A stretch of DNA of 64,000 nt, taken from contig CAZZPE010000004.1 of NCBI GenBank assembly GCA_964655855.1, forward strand, positions 18,808-82,807, written 5' to 3'. Made by a program: the position numbers and the translations under genes. Source of the DNA: an uncultured Bifidobacteriaceae bacterium (GTDB lineage: Bacteria; Verrucomicrobiota; Verrucomicrobiia; Limisphaerales; UBA11358). Positions 19,788 to 29,699 of the stretch are shown here, in pieces. How positions within the stretch are numbered: the stretch's first letter is position 1; the number at the start of each line of letters is the position of its first letter. The notes beneath the pieces were generated by a model. It saw only the letters and a list, made by a program, of their open reading frames with translations, made no database searches and was not told the origin of the DNA.

Positions 19788-20594
19788 CTACATTGCCGGC
19801 AGAAATTCCGACACGCGTTGGATTTTAATCGCCCTGCCGCTGGCGGCGTCAATATCGATCATCGCGCCGTGAAGCATCACCCGGTTTTTGGCCACTTCAA
19901 ACCGCTGCGGCATTCCGGTGAGGAATTTTTTCATCACCGGCTCGATTTCGCGGCCCAGGCAGCCGTCGTGCGGGCCGGTGAATCCGGCGTCGGTGAGATA
20001 CGCCGTGCCGCCGGGCAGAATCTGCTCGTCCGCCGTCTGCACATGCGTGTGCGTGCCCACCACCGCGCTCACCTGCCCGTCCAGCAACCGCCCGAACGCA
20101 ATCTTCTCCGAGGTCGCCTCCGCATGAAAATCCACAAAGATGATCTTTGTCCGCTCGCGCAGCCGCTTCACTTCCTCGCCAGCCAGGAGAAACGGATTTT
20201 CAAGCGGCGGCTGCATGAACGTGCGTCCCTGTGCGTTCAGAACACCAACCAAACTTTGGACTTTGGATTTTGGATTTTGGACTTCAAAAATTCCGCTTCC
20301 CTGCCCCGGCGTTCCGACCGGATAATTGAGCGGACGGAGAAAGCGTTTTTCGTTCGCGAGCAGTTCCGTCACTTCCTTCTGGTCCCACAAATGGTCGCCG
20401 CAGGTGATGACGTCCACGCCGGCGTCGAAGATTTCCCCGGCGATCAGAGGGGTTATGCCGGAACCGCCGGCGGAGTTCTCGCCGTTGGCGATGACAAAAT
20501 CGAGCGCGTGCTGTTCGCGGAGCCTGGGCACAAGGGTTTTGACCGCGCGGCGCCCCGGTTTGCCCACGATGTCGCCGATGAAGAGCAGTTTCAC
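19788..20594 (-). CDS. ymdB: YmdB-family metallophosphoesterase (TIGR00282-like)
   Basis: LFIGDIVGKPGR, NGENSAGG, DFHAEATSEK, GTHTHV. Confidence 0.92.
   Translation of the reverse strand: MKLLFIGDIVGKPGRRAVKTLVPRLREQHALDFVIANGENSAGGSGITPLIAGEIFDAGVDVITCGDHLWDQKEVTELLANEKRFLRPLNYPVGTPGQGSGIFEVQNPKSKVQSLVGVLNAQGRTFMQPPLENPFLLAGEEVKRLRERTKIIFVDFHAEATSEKIAFGRLLDGQVSAVVGTHTHVQTADEQILPGGTAYLTDAGFTGPHDGCLGREIEPVMKKFLTGMPQRFEVAKNRVMLHGAMIDIDAASGRAIKIQRVSEFLPAM
20254..20281. repeat. Four-unit heptamer array (YTTTGGA) in frame in ymdB
   Basis: CTTTGGA CTTTGGA TTTTGGA TTTTGGA; encodes VQNPKSKVQS. Confidence 0.85.
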
Positions 20595-20605
20595 GCGGGA
20601 ATTCT

Positions 20606-20630
20606 AACCACGAAGACACAAAGACACGAA
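20606..20630. repeat. Solo arm of octamer-type repeat
   Basis: AACCACGAAGACACAAAGACACGAA; similar to arms at 41043, 43645 and 53052. Confidence 0.5.
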
Positions 20631-20682
20631 AACAATTTTCCGATCTTGTTCGGCTCTCCCGGACGCCCGCCCGCCTGTTTTG

Positions 20683-21657
20683 CTACACAGCGGCCAGGAT
20701 GCCAACCATCACGGCAATCATCCAAAGCAGCAGCACGGCGCGGGTGCGGCTCAAGCCGGCGCGGACGAGCCGGTGCGAAAGATGGTTGGTGTCGCCAATC
20801 CAGAACGGCTTGTGGTGGAGCGTCCGAAAAACGACCACTTGCGCCAGATCAATCAGCGGAATCGCCAGCACCAGCAGCGGCGAGAGCACGGCCAGCGGAT
20901 GCGGATTTTGTTTGTTGTAGAAATGCGGCAGGATGGCCATGACAGCGAGCAGGTAGCCGACCAGATGACTGCCGGCGTCGCCGAGAAAGGCGCGGGCGTT
21001 CGGAAAATTCCACGGCAGAAATCCGATGAGCGCGCCGCACATCAGAAATCCAACCGTCGCCACGAGGTATTCGCCGTTCGCCGCCGCGATGATGCCGAAC
21101 AGCAGCGCGCCGATCACGCCCAGCCCGGCGCAGAGGCCGTTCATATTGTCCATGAAATTGAAGGCGTTGATGACGGTGAGAATCCAGAAAATCGTGATGG
21201 CGTAGCTGAAAACATCGCTGTGAACAAACAGCGTGATGCGCTTGCAGGCCATGGCGACGGCGACGGCGACGAACAACTGGCCGATGAACTTCGGGAGCGG
21301 CTTCAATTCGCGCTTGTCGTCGAGCCAGCCGAGCAGGGTGATCGCAATCGCCCCGAAGGCGATGGTGGCCAGTTCAAACCCGCGCCGCTCCAGACCGTGC
21401 TGGATGGGTTGCGTCTGGCTCAAGACGTGCGCGCCGGTCTTCAGCAGAATCGCGCCGACGGCGAGCGGCAGCAAAATGCCCGTCAGCACGGCAAGCCCGC
21501 CCGCGAGCGGAACGGGATGGTCGTGAATTTTGCGCCGGCCGGGGTCGTCCACGAGTCTGATGCGCAGACACCATCGGCGCCAGAGCGGGAGCGCGAGCAG
21601 CGTCGTCAGAAACGCGCCCGCAAACGCGGCGAGAAAAAAGTTGAATGGAAACGTCAC
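20683..21657 (-). CDS. MraY/WecA-like polyprenyl-phosphate HexNAc-1-phosphate transferase
   Basis: VDDPGRRKIH..PLAGG, LGWLDD, NAFNFMDNMNGL, AFLGDAGS, DTNHLSHRL. GTG start inferred. Confidence 0.9.
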   Translation of the reverse strand: MTFPFNFFLAAFAGAFLTTLLALPLWRRWCLRIRLVDDPGRRKIHDHPVPLAGGLAVLTGILLPLAVGAILLKTGAHVLSQTQPIQHGLERRGFELATIAFGAIAITLLGWLDDKRELKPLPKFIGQLFVAVAVAMACKRITLFVHSDVFSYAITIFWILTVINAFNFMDNMNGLCAGLGVIGALLFGIIAAANGEYLVATVGFLMCGALIGFLPWNFPNARAFLGDAGSHLVGYLLAVMAILPHFYNKQNPHPLAVLSPLLVLAIPLIDLAQVVVFRTLHHKPFWIGDTNHLSHRLVRAGLSRTRAVLLLWMIAVMVGILAAV

Positions 21658-21659
21658 AA

Positions 21660-22844
21660 TTAAGCCGGTGGCGGAGGCACAGCGGCACCCCCACCGTTCA
21701 ACAGCTTCAAATACAAATTGTAGATGGCATCCACCATTTTTTCGACGGCGAAATTTTCGCGGACGAAATTCTGCCCGGACCGGCCGAGCTTTTCCTGCAA
21801 CGCGGCGTCGCCGGCAAGCTGGAGCAGGCGGTTTTTCAACGTGGTCAAATCGCCGGGCCGGACCAGAAATCCGGTTTTGCCGTCGAGGCAGACTTCGCGC
21901 GCGCCATCGCAATCGTAGGCCACAACCGGTTTTCCGGCGGCGAGCGCCTGCGGCAGGGCGCGCGGCAGTCCTTCGCGCAACGACAAATGAACCAGCGCGT
22001 CCATGATGCCAACGCAGCGCGGCACTTCAGCCGGCGGGATGAGGCCGGTGAAAATGAAATTTTTCTCCAGGCCAAGAGTCTTTGCCAGATTTTCAAAACG
22101 ACCGCGCCATTCGCCATCGCCGACGAGCAGAAATTTGATTTTCGGATTCTGGCGGACGAGTTCCGGCGCGACGGTAAACAAATCGTCATGCCCCTTGAGT
22201 CTGAACAGCCGGGCAATTTTGCCGATGACGAAATCATCCGGCACGATTCCCAGTTTTCTCCGCAGTGCCGCGTCATTTTTCGCGGCGAGAAACGGTTCCA
22301 GCGGAAAGCCGCTGAAGATTTTGGCGTATTGCCCCAGCCGGCCAATCCCAGCGGCGAGGTATTGCTCCTTCATCGCGTCGGCGACGACGACGAAATGCGT
22401 CGTGGATCGGGCGGCGTGTTTTTCGGCGGCGCGGAAGATGAAATTGGCGGCGGCGTTTTGGAAATTGCCGAACGACGGACCATGAACCGTGTGGATGATG
22501 ACCGGAACCCCGGCGCGCCTGGCAGCAAGCCGGCCCAGAATGCCCGCCTTGCCGCTGTGGGTGTGGACGATGTCCGGCTTTTGTTCGCGCAGGATTTTCT
22601 CGAGGTGCCGCAGCGCCAGCCAGTCTTTCAACGGATGAACGGGCCGGACCAACCCGGGGACCATTTCAAGCAGTCCGGGGATTTTTGAAACTTCAGGCTC
22701 CAGCGAGCCTTCGGGGCCGGTCGTCGGGCCGGAGATCAAACAGACTTCGACGCCGGGCTTTTGGCGCAGGCCGAGGACGGTGGCGACGGTGTTCTCCTGA
22801 GCGCCGCCGACGACGAGCCGCGTGATGATGTGGGTGACACGCAT
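21660..22844 (-). CDS. GT4-family glycosyltransferase
   Basis: HTHSGKAG, EGLPRALPQALAAGKPVV (EX7E-like with Q), DGKTGFLV. Confidence 0.9.
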   Translation of the reverse strand: MRVTHIITRLVVGGAQENTVATVLGLRQKPGVEVCLISGPTTGPEGSLEPEVSKIPGLLEMVPGLVRPVHPLKDWLALRHLEKILREQKPDIVHTHSGKAGILGRLAARRAGVPVIIHTVHGPSFGNFQNAAANFIFRAAEKHAARSTTHFVVVADAMKEQYLAAGIGRLGQYAKIFSGFPLEPFLAAKNDAALRRKLGIVPDDFVIGKIARLFRLKGHDDLFTVAPELVRQNPKIKFLLVGDGEWRGRFENLAKTLGLEKNFIFTGLIPPAEVPRCVGIMDALVHLSLREGLPRALPQALAAGKPVVAYDCDGAREVCLDGKTGFLVRPGDLTTLKNRLLQLAGDAALQEKLGRSGQNFVRENFAVEKMVDAIYNLYLKLLNGGGAAVPPPPA

Positions 22845-22860
22845 CGCGCGTCAGGATGAT

Positions 22861-25761
22861 TTACTTTTTGAGTTCGCGCAACCGCTGAAGGACGGTCTGG
22901 GCCTCGCCGGTATTGGTATTGGCGTTGGCGAGGTAGATTTGGTAATTGCGGACGGCCTCGTTGGTGTCGTGCTGGCGCCAGGCAGTTTCGCCCAGGCCGT
23001 AGGCGACCTGGAACGCGTTGCTGGAGATTTGCTGCAGCCGCAGGTAGTCGGCGCGCGCGGCGTCGAGCCGGCCGCTGTCGAGATTGGCGATGGCGCGGTT
23101 GAAGAGCGCGTTGTCGTTGTTGGTCTGGACCGCCAGCACACGGCTCAAGGCGGCGATGGCGGCGTCGTAATTTTTGAGCTGGATGGAAATGTAGCCCCGG
23201 CTGTAAAGCCAGGCCGGGTCGTCGGGCGCGGATTTCAATTTGCGGTCAATGACGCCGAGCGCCCTGTCAAACTGCCCGTTCACCATGTAGGCCTGCGCGG
23301 CGGAGGCGAACAAATCATTGTTGTCCGGGTGGAGGGCCATTTCGGCATCGAGCATTTCCGCGCCGCGCGAGAAATTGGTCTCCTGAAAACAGGCGGCGGC
23401 GGCGAGCACATGCAGCTGGGTTTCGTTGGTTTCGGCCAGGGAGAAATTTTCCGGGTGGGCCAGCGGGTCGCTCAACGCGGCCAGCGCGGGTTTGGGCAGG
23501 CGGGCCATCAGGTAAATCTGGCCGAGCCAGAGGCGCGCGGGCAGATAGTCCGGCGCCAGTTCGCGGACGCGGTCAAACGACGCGACGGCCTGGCGGAAAT
23601 AACTGTTGCCCGCCGCCAGATTGACCCCGATTGCAAAACAAAAACTTGGCTCGTCGAACGGGCCGTTGGCATTCATCAGTTCGCCCCATGTCTGGTATTG
23701 ACCGAACTGATCAATGGTGGCCTTGGTCAAATCCATGGACGCCGGGCGGCCCGCCCGGAGGTTTTGGTTGAAACGGAGATTGTTCCGGGCGACGACGTTT
23801 TCTGGGTTCAACTTTTGCGCGGTGTCGAACTGGACGGCGGCCTTTTCCAGCTCGCCGGCGCGCTGGAGTTCCACGCCCCAGAAATCCAAGCTGCGCGAGT
23901 AAAACAGCCCGGCCAGAATGGCCATCCGGTCCGGTTCGCGCGGCACATGGAATTTGTCCAGCCGGCGCTCGCCCCAGCTCTGCGGGGCGTTTGGGTCGGG
24001 CGGCGCGGCGGCGCGTTCGACGGGCGCCAGCGCCGGCATCGCAGTCTGCGTCCAGAACGTTTCATTTTCCGCGATCAGTTTTTTGTCCGGCGTGGGCGGC
24101 ACCAGCGTGTCCGCCGGCAGCATCTTCATTTTGTAAATCAAGCCGTGCGGCTCCAGGTAAAATTGCTCGAAGTAATAACCGAAGCTCGGATGCAGGTAAT
24201 AAAGGTCATTCGTCCGGGACAGCATGCCCAAAATCTGGATCAGCCCGACCGGATTGAGCGTGTTGGTCTGGGTGGCGGAGACAATTTCCGGCCAGCGTTG
24301 CGGAAAGGTCCGGTGCAAATAGCGGTGGTAGGCGGGCACCACCAGCGACTGCGTTTCGAGCGGCACAAAATCCCGCGCGCGCCCGTCCCGCACCAGCGCC
24401 GACCGCACCAGCGCCAGTTGCTGCGGGTCGTCGCTCAACAAATAGCCGCCCGCCGCAGGCAATTTTTCCTCGACGAGCCGGGTGTAACTCCGGAACGTAT
24501 CGCCGTTCGTGCCGCGGATTTGCGGCGCATTCCGGTAAGCCAGCCCCGCCACCGCCACGATGCACAGCAGCCACACGCCCATGAGGACGGGCCGATCCAG
24601 CGATTGCAACAACTCCGGCGTGCGGCCCCGCTGGCGCACGATTTTTTTTCCAAAAACCAGCAGGAAATAGCCGCTGTAATAACCGATGCTCAACGCCATC
24701 AGGTAGTAAATCGTCAGGCCAAACCCCGTGTGCCGCGGGCTGAACGGCGGATCAAAGACCAGCCAGAGGCAGCCCGCCAGAAAAAGGCCGTGAAGCAGGT
24801 GGAAGATGAAACTCGCCAGCGCCACGCCGATCCGGCTGTTGTCGCCAAAGGAGGTTTTCCAGCGGATTGACAGCACGAGCAGCGGCATCAGGTAGGCCAG
24901 CAGCAAGGACAGGGTTTCCAGATATTGCTGCGGGTGCAGGCCGAAGGTGAGATAGGTTTTCAGGACGTCATACTGCGGCGACAGGTTGAACTTCAAATAC
25001 TGCCAGAAGCTGAACGGCATTTTGTGGGCGGTCACCGCCAGCAACGGCAGCAGCAGGTAAAACAACATGCCCGCCAGCCCGCACACCAGCATCCGCCCCA
25101 GAAAGCGCAAATTGAAAAAGCTCAAGCCGCGCAGCCAGACAATCGCCACCATGAACAGCGGGAAAAAGCCCGTCATCCCCCAGTCGTCCGTCGTCCCCGC
25201 GGCATAAACGAACGCCGCCAGATACAAACGCCACTCGCGTTCGTCCAGCCGGTATTCCAGCAACGACCAGACCACGACCGCGAACAGCAGCAGGTCGAAC
25301 ATCTCGCCCGTCCAGTTGGTCGCGCGCTCCCAAAACGTGAGCTGCAAACCGCAGACCAGCACGGCCAGCAGCGGCGACAGCCACGCGCTGCCGGTCGTCA
25401 GAAATGAAAAAACGCTTTCTTCGCGTTTGCGCTGCGCGTCCGTCCGGTCGTGCGGCAGCAGCGCCACCGACCGCGCCAGCAGGCCGAGCGCCAGCGCCGC
25501 GCACACGGCGGAAAATAAATTCAACGCCAGCGGAATCGCCGGCGCGGGCAGCCAGCGGAACGGACCGGTGACCAGAAAGGTGATAGGACTCAACACCTCC
25601 GGCTGCCACGTCCAGCCGGAAATCCGGGCCACGGCGCCAAGATTGAACAGGGACACCCAGCGGTTCAGCGTCAGCCAGTAGAGCAGCAGCATCCCCGCCG
25701 CCAGCAGCCACGGCAGCCAGCGCGGAACGAAGTTTTTCCGCGGATCAGTTTGCGTTTCCAT
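22861..25761 (-). CDS. Multi-TM membrane protein with C-terminal TPRs, DUF2723/TMEM260-like (divergent)
   Basis: About 10 TM segments with Y..TL, LP....LNLFSA..AA and LTFW..A patterns, then a soluble domain and many TPR repeats. Family assignment is from recalled patterns. Confidence 0.6.
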   Translation of the reverse strand: METQTDPRKNFVPRWLPWLLAAGMLLLYWLTLNRWVSLFNLGAVARISGWTWQPEVLSPITFLVTGPFRWLPAPAIPLALNLFSAVCAALALGLLARSVALLPHDRTDAQRKREESVFSFLTTGSAWLSPLLAVLVCGLQLTFWERATNWTGEMFDLLLFAVVVWSLLEYRLDEREWRLYLAAFVYAAGTTDDWGMTGFFPLFMVAIVWLRGLSFFNLRFLGRMLVCGLAGMLFYLLLPLLAVTAHKMPFSFWQYLKFNLSPQYDVLKTYLTFGLHPQQYLETLSLLLAYLMPLLVLSIRWKTSFGDNSRIGVALASFIFHLLHGLFLAGCLWLVFDPPFSPRHTGFGLTIYYLMALSIGYYSGYFLLVFGKKIVRQRGRTPELLQSLDRPVLMGVWLLCIVAVAGLAYRNAPQIRGTNGDTFRSYTRLVEEKLPAAGGYLLSDDPQQLALVRSALVRDGRARDFVPLETQSLVVPAYHRYLHRTFPQRWPEIVSATQTNTLNPVGLIQILGMLSRTNDLYYLHPSFGYYFEQFYLEPHGLIYKMKMLPADTLVPPTPDKKLIAENETFWTQTAMPALAPVERAAAPPDPNAPQSWGERRLDKFHVPREPDRMAILAGLFYSRSLDFWGVELQRAGELEKAAVQFDTAQKLNPENVVARNNLRFNQNLRAGRPASMDLTKATIDQFGQYQTWGELMNANGPFDEPSFCFAIGVNLAAGNSYFRQAVASFDRVRELAPDYLPARLWLGQIYLMARLPKPALAALSDPLAHPENFSLAETNETQLHVLAAAACFQETNFSRGAEMLDAEMALHPDNNDLFASAAQAYMVNGQFDRALGVIDRKLKSAPDDPAWLYSRGYISIQLKNYDAAIAALSRVLAVQTNNDNALFNRAIANLDSGRLDAARADYLRLQQISSNAFQVAYGLGETAWRQHDTNEAVRNYQIYLANANTNTGEAQTVLQRLRELKK

Positions 25762-25792
25762 TGGTGTTGGTTGTGACAGTTGAATCCATATT

Positions 25793-26941
25793 TTACGGTT
25801 TGGCAAGGTTTTGTCCCGCGCGCAAATCCGCCACGCATTCCACGTGCTGCGTCTGCGGGAACATGTCCAGCGGCTGCACACGCGCCAAGTCAAAGACACC
25901 ATCGCCGCACAAAATGTTCAAGTCGCGCGCCATCGTCGCCGGATGGCAGGACACATAAATCACCTGCGCCGGCCTCGTTTCGCGGAGCAGTTGCAGGATT
26001 TCCGGCTGGCAGCCCTTGCGCGGCGGGTCGAGAATCACCGCCGTTTTTCCCGCTGAAAATTTTCCCAGCAAGCCGGGCAAAACGTCCTCGACTTTCGCGG
26101 AAATGAATTCGCCGTTGGCAATTTCCCGCGCCGCCGCGTTTTGCCGCGCCGCCTTGATGGCAAGCTGGTCGTATTCGACGCCGACAAACGACTCCACCGC
26201 GCCCGCCAGCTCAATGCCGAAAAATCCGACGCCGCAATACAAATCAACCAGATGCCGCGCGCCGCTGTTTTGGAGAAATTCGCGAACCGTCGCGACGAGC
26301 TTCGGCAGCAGGAAAAAATTGTTCTGGAAAAACGAATCCGGCGGCACGCTCCAACCTTCCGGCTGCACCCGCAGCACCACCTTGATTCCGCCCTTCGGCG
26401 GCGGATGCGCGCGGACGTGCCGGATTTGCTCGTTCAGCGCCAGCTCGGCGATTTTGCATTCCTCGATGTCCTCGACCAGCCCGCAATCGGCGCGCACGAA
26501 GCCGATGTTCAGCTTCTGCTCCGGCTTGTTCCACTGGCTGCGGATCATGATACGGTTCCGGTAGCCGTAAGGCTGCGGACAGGGAATGACCGGCGCGATC
26601 TTGTCCGCCGGGATTTTCCCGACGCGCTCGAACAAGTCCGAAATCTGTTTGTGCTTCAACTGCAACTGCGCCGGATAGGCGGTGTGCTGATACTGGCAGC
26701 CGCCGCACGCGCCGAAATAACGGCACTCCGGCGCGACGCGCTCCGGCGAGACCGTTTCCACGCGCAGCAGTTTCGCCCGCGCGAAATTCTTTTTGACCTC
26801 CGTGATTTCAGCGGCGACGGCTTCGCCAACCAGCACGAACGGCACGAACACGACAAAATCGTCCACGCGCCCGACGCCTTCGCCGCCGAAGGCGATGTCG
26901 TGAATCGTCAGGGTGATTGGGTCGCCGGTTTTAAGAGCCAT
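25793..26941 (-). CDS. rlmD: 23S rRNA (uracil-5)-methyltransferase RlmD/RumA family
   Basis: TRAM domain, CRYFGACGGCQYQH, DLYCGVG, LDPPRKG, YVSCHPATMARD, DMFPQTQHVE. Confidence 0.88.
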   Translation of the reverse strand: MALKTGDPITLTIHDIAFGGEGVGRVDDFVVFVPFVLVGEAVAAEITEVKKNFARAKLLRVETVSPERVAPECRYFGACGGCQYQHTAYPAQLQLKHKQISDLFERVGKIPADKIAPVIPCPQPYGYRNRIMIRSQWNKPEQKLNIGFVRADCGLVEDIEECKIAELALNEQIRHVRAHPPPKGGIKVVLRVQPEGWSVPPDSFFQNNFFLLPKLVATVREFLQNSGARHLVDLYCGVGFFGIELAGAVESFVGVEYDQLAIKAARQNAAAREIANGEFISAKVEDVLPGLLGKFSAGKTAVILDPPRKGCQPEILQLLRETRPAQVIYVSCHPATMARDLNILCGDGVFDLARVQPLDMFPQTQHVECVADLRAGQNLAKP

Positions 26942-27054
26942 GCGGGAAAGCTAGAACGCCGGGCGCAAACAAAAAAGATTTTTTAAGCAATTAACGCAAA
27001 ACGCATCGCCGGGAAATCAGCCGCTGGCGAAGATGAACTTCGATTGCGAGACCG

Positions 27055-29553
27055 CTATCGCAACAAAATGGAACGGTAAAACTCCGCGCTGCCATTGACT
27101 GTCGGACAGCTGGAGAAATTAATCATGCCGCCCACCGGCCAGTTGGTGCTGATGCTTGTCCAATTCAACAAGTCTGGAGAAGCTTCGATGGCATAAACAT
27201 GTCCGTCAGAACCGGTGAACTGGATGACCGGCCGGCCACTGGCGGATGCAACCGAGCCGACCGAATCCACGCGCAACAAAGGCAGGAACTGGCTGGAAAT
27301 TTCCTCGCAAGCTTCATCGCTGATGCCGTTGGTCCTTTGAACCGCGGAGCTGATATTCAGAAACGGCGACTGTTCCGCCAGTTGGGGAATTGCCAGAATG
27401 TCTCCGATGTCGGCGAAGGATTGTCCCGGCCGGCTCATCCGCGCGGATTCGATGGCACCGGCAATTACCGAGGCTTGATGTGAATTTGAGGAAACCATGA
27501 GTGTTGCAAATTGCGGCGGAAACTGTGGGATACGAATCTGGAGGTCGGTCGAGATATTTGTCAAAACGGTCAGGCCATCGCACAGAACCAGCCATGCATT
27601 TGGATCCGGATTATTCACCGAAACCAATGAGCCGGGGGTGTTTGTGGTCAGGAGAGATGCCAGCAGACTCGCCAGATGCCAGTCCTGCACCGGTGCCATC
27701 GCCGTGGCATCGGCCAGATTTTCGTCTCCCGTCCAATTGACCCATGTGTTGATGCCGTTTTGTCCAATATTGTTGGCCCAATCCAGAATGTTTGTGGACT
27801 TGAGATAAATCGTCTGCCACGGCGTGCCGCGATGCACCCGCCCCAGCCAGTTTGGATTCGAGATTTGCCCGGTGGGAAAATTCCAATTGTCCGAAGCGCG
27901 CACCAACGGGTCTTTGAACGCGAGATTGCAGGGATTCGGATCAACACCAAGTTCATACGTTGGCGGAAACACTCCCCACGGCTGGTAGCGAGATGTAGGC
28001 GTGTATAAATTGACCGAACCCCAGTCAATGACGAATGGATATTCGACCTGCGGCGCCAAATCACTGGCGAGATAATGCACCAGCGGATCGTTCGCCCCCC
28101 AAGTTATATGTTGGATGGCAAATACAATCGGCGTGTAGGGCATTTGCATGGCCGACTGTGTATTCGTGTAAATCACCGCGTTGTAATAATAGATCCCGTC
28201 TTTTGAAAAAAATCCCCTGAAAAAGGACTGTTGTGCCCCCGGGCTGACATCGCCGGTGGGCCCGCCAGGTATCGGTGCCGTGGTCCACGCGCCGGAACCA
28301 GTCGGCGCTTGACCAGTGCTTGTGGTGCCAAATGCTGAAACATAAAATTGATTCTCGACTCCAATCAGATTGCCGATCACATCATAGTTGGTATTCCAAA
28401 AGCTATTGGCATCATTTTCCGCCAGCGCCGAATTCAAAAGCTGGCTGCTGTTCAATCCGTCAAGCTGGACGTAATCCACAATCTGTCCAACGACGGGCCC
28501 GCCCGCATTCAAAGACGAAATATTGGTGGAATAATCAATGATGGCGACCTGCAAGCGGTTCGTCATCAGCAGCCCGAAATGCGGCAGTTCCCGAATGCCG
28601 GCGTCCAGATAATTGCTCGGACTGCCGCCCAAGTAATTGAGAAGTTCTGCCCCATTTGGCGGATTCGGCTCGTTGTAAAAATACATCGCATTGGTCAGCA
28701 TCAGGACGCTGGTGTTCAGCGGAACGAGAAATGAAGCCGACGCCAGCCCGGGCGTGCCGTTCCAGCCAGGCCAGTTTGGGGCGATTTCCATGGCGAACGC
28801 AAAGTTGGTTCCGAAGACATAGGGGAACATGTTGTTGTCATTCGTCAGCGTGATGCTTGAACCGCATCGCACCAGAATGTCCACCGGACCGGGATAATTG
28901 GAGCGGTAGGAATTCCAGCAGGACAGCCCGAAATAATTGGTAATGTTCATCAAATACATCTGGTTGGTCCATGTGATGTCCGGCTGCGTCGTCGCATTGG
29001 TGTCGCGCACCACCTCCAGCTTGCGCACCAATTCAAACGCGGTTTCGATCGAAAACGCGTTGAAGTTCGGGAACCCCTTTTTCGCGCCGATGATCCACGG
29101 CACGCCATAAACGTTGGTCAAAATGTTCTGTCCAACCGGCAGCGCGGTGGCCTCGACTGGCGGATCAAGGATGTCATTGTTCGCACCGGGAACCATCTGG
29201 CTGGCTTGGGTGACAAGGCTGGACTGGTTTGCATAGCCGGTGATGAACACCTTGCCGCCGCCATCCACGGTGAACAGCGGTCGGAAAATGGACGGATAGA
29301 AATTCGTCGTGGTGGCCTCATAGACATTTGCCGCGACTTGCAGCAACCGATGCACTGCGGGCGTATATTGGTTTGTCGGGTAAATCTCAATCCGCGTCAA
29401 ATCAAGGTTCATTTCCGACGACAGCAGGCGGGAGGCGGCGTTCGTGAAAAAGCCAAGCGGACAGGCGGCATCAAGATTTTGCGCGTCAGCTTTTGCAGCC
29501 GTCAACGCGACCAACGCCGTGATGGCACTCAAAAAGTGGATAAAACGTTTCAT
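27055..29553 (-). CDS. Large secreted Asn/Thr-rich hypothetical protein with C-terminal beta-rich tail domain
   Basis: Signal peptide (MKRFIHF..ADA), 832 aa, visibly more AT-rich than flanks, ends Y-AIEASPDLLNW...FYRSILLR. Confidence 0.75.
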   Translation of the reverse strand: MKRFIHFLSAITALVALTAAKADAQNLDAACPLGFFTNAASRLLSSEMNLDLTRIEIYPTNQYTPAVHRLLQVAANVYEATTTNFYPSIFRPLFTVDGGGKVFITGYANQSSLVTQASQMVPGANNDILDPPVEATALPVGQNILTNVYGVPWIIGAKKGFPNFNAFSIETAFELVRKLEVVRDTNATTQPDITWTNQMYLMNITNYFGLSCWNSYRSNYPGPVDILVRCGSSITLTNDNNMFPYVFGTNFAFAMEIAPNWPGWNGTPGLASASFLVPLNTSVLMLTNAMYFYNEPNPPNGAELLNYLGGSPSNYLDAGIRELPHFGLLMTNRLQVAIIDYSTNISSLNAGGPVVGQIVDYVQLDGLNSSQLLNSALAENDANSFWNTNYDVIGNLIGVENQFYVSAFGTTSTGQAPTGSGAWTTAPIPGGPTGDVSPGAQQSFFRGFFSKDGIYYYNAVIYTNTQSAMQMPYTPIVFAIQHITWGANDPLVHYLASDLAPQVEYPFVIDWGSVNLYTPTSRYQPWGVFPPTYELGVDPNPCNLAFKDPLVRASDNWNFPTGQISNPNWLGRVHRGTPWQTIYLKSTNILDWANNIGQNGINTWVNWTGDENLADATAMAPVQDWHLASLLASLLTTNTPGSLVSVNNPDPNAWLVLCDGLTVLTNISTDLQIRIPQFPPQFATLMVSSNSHQASVIAGAIESARMSRPGQSFADIGDILAIPQLAEQSPFLNISSAVQRTNGISDEACEEISSQFLPLLRVDSVGSVASASGRPVIQFTGSDGHVYAIEASPDLLNWTSISTNWPVGGMINFSSCPTVNGSAEFYRSILLR

Positions 29554-29699
29554 CGTATGCCTTCCCGCGCTTTCCCCGCCACTCAACAAAGAGGGCGTGA
29601 TTGCTCACGCACCGGAACCAGCTTGGGTTCGTTCTACAACTGACGGTTGTTTTCTACCCCCGGCGGATTTCACTGACAAGAAGTATTGTCAGAGATTTT

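Noticed and set aside
19770-20690. GTAG-overlapping stops of ymdB (19788) and the WecA-like gene (20683) as further REP-donated stops
   Set aside because: GTAG is present but no clear hairpin or family match follows, so they were not counted.
22822-24870. 682-aa plus-strand ORF and similar long antisense ORFs (37-1140, 3833-5221, 10098-11600, 13896-15491, 16807-18282, 36698-37831, 58633-60342)
   Set aside because: They are shadows of well-supported genes on the opposite strand; few stop codons are expected at high GC and they show no family motifs.
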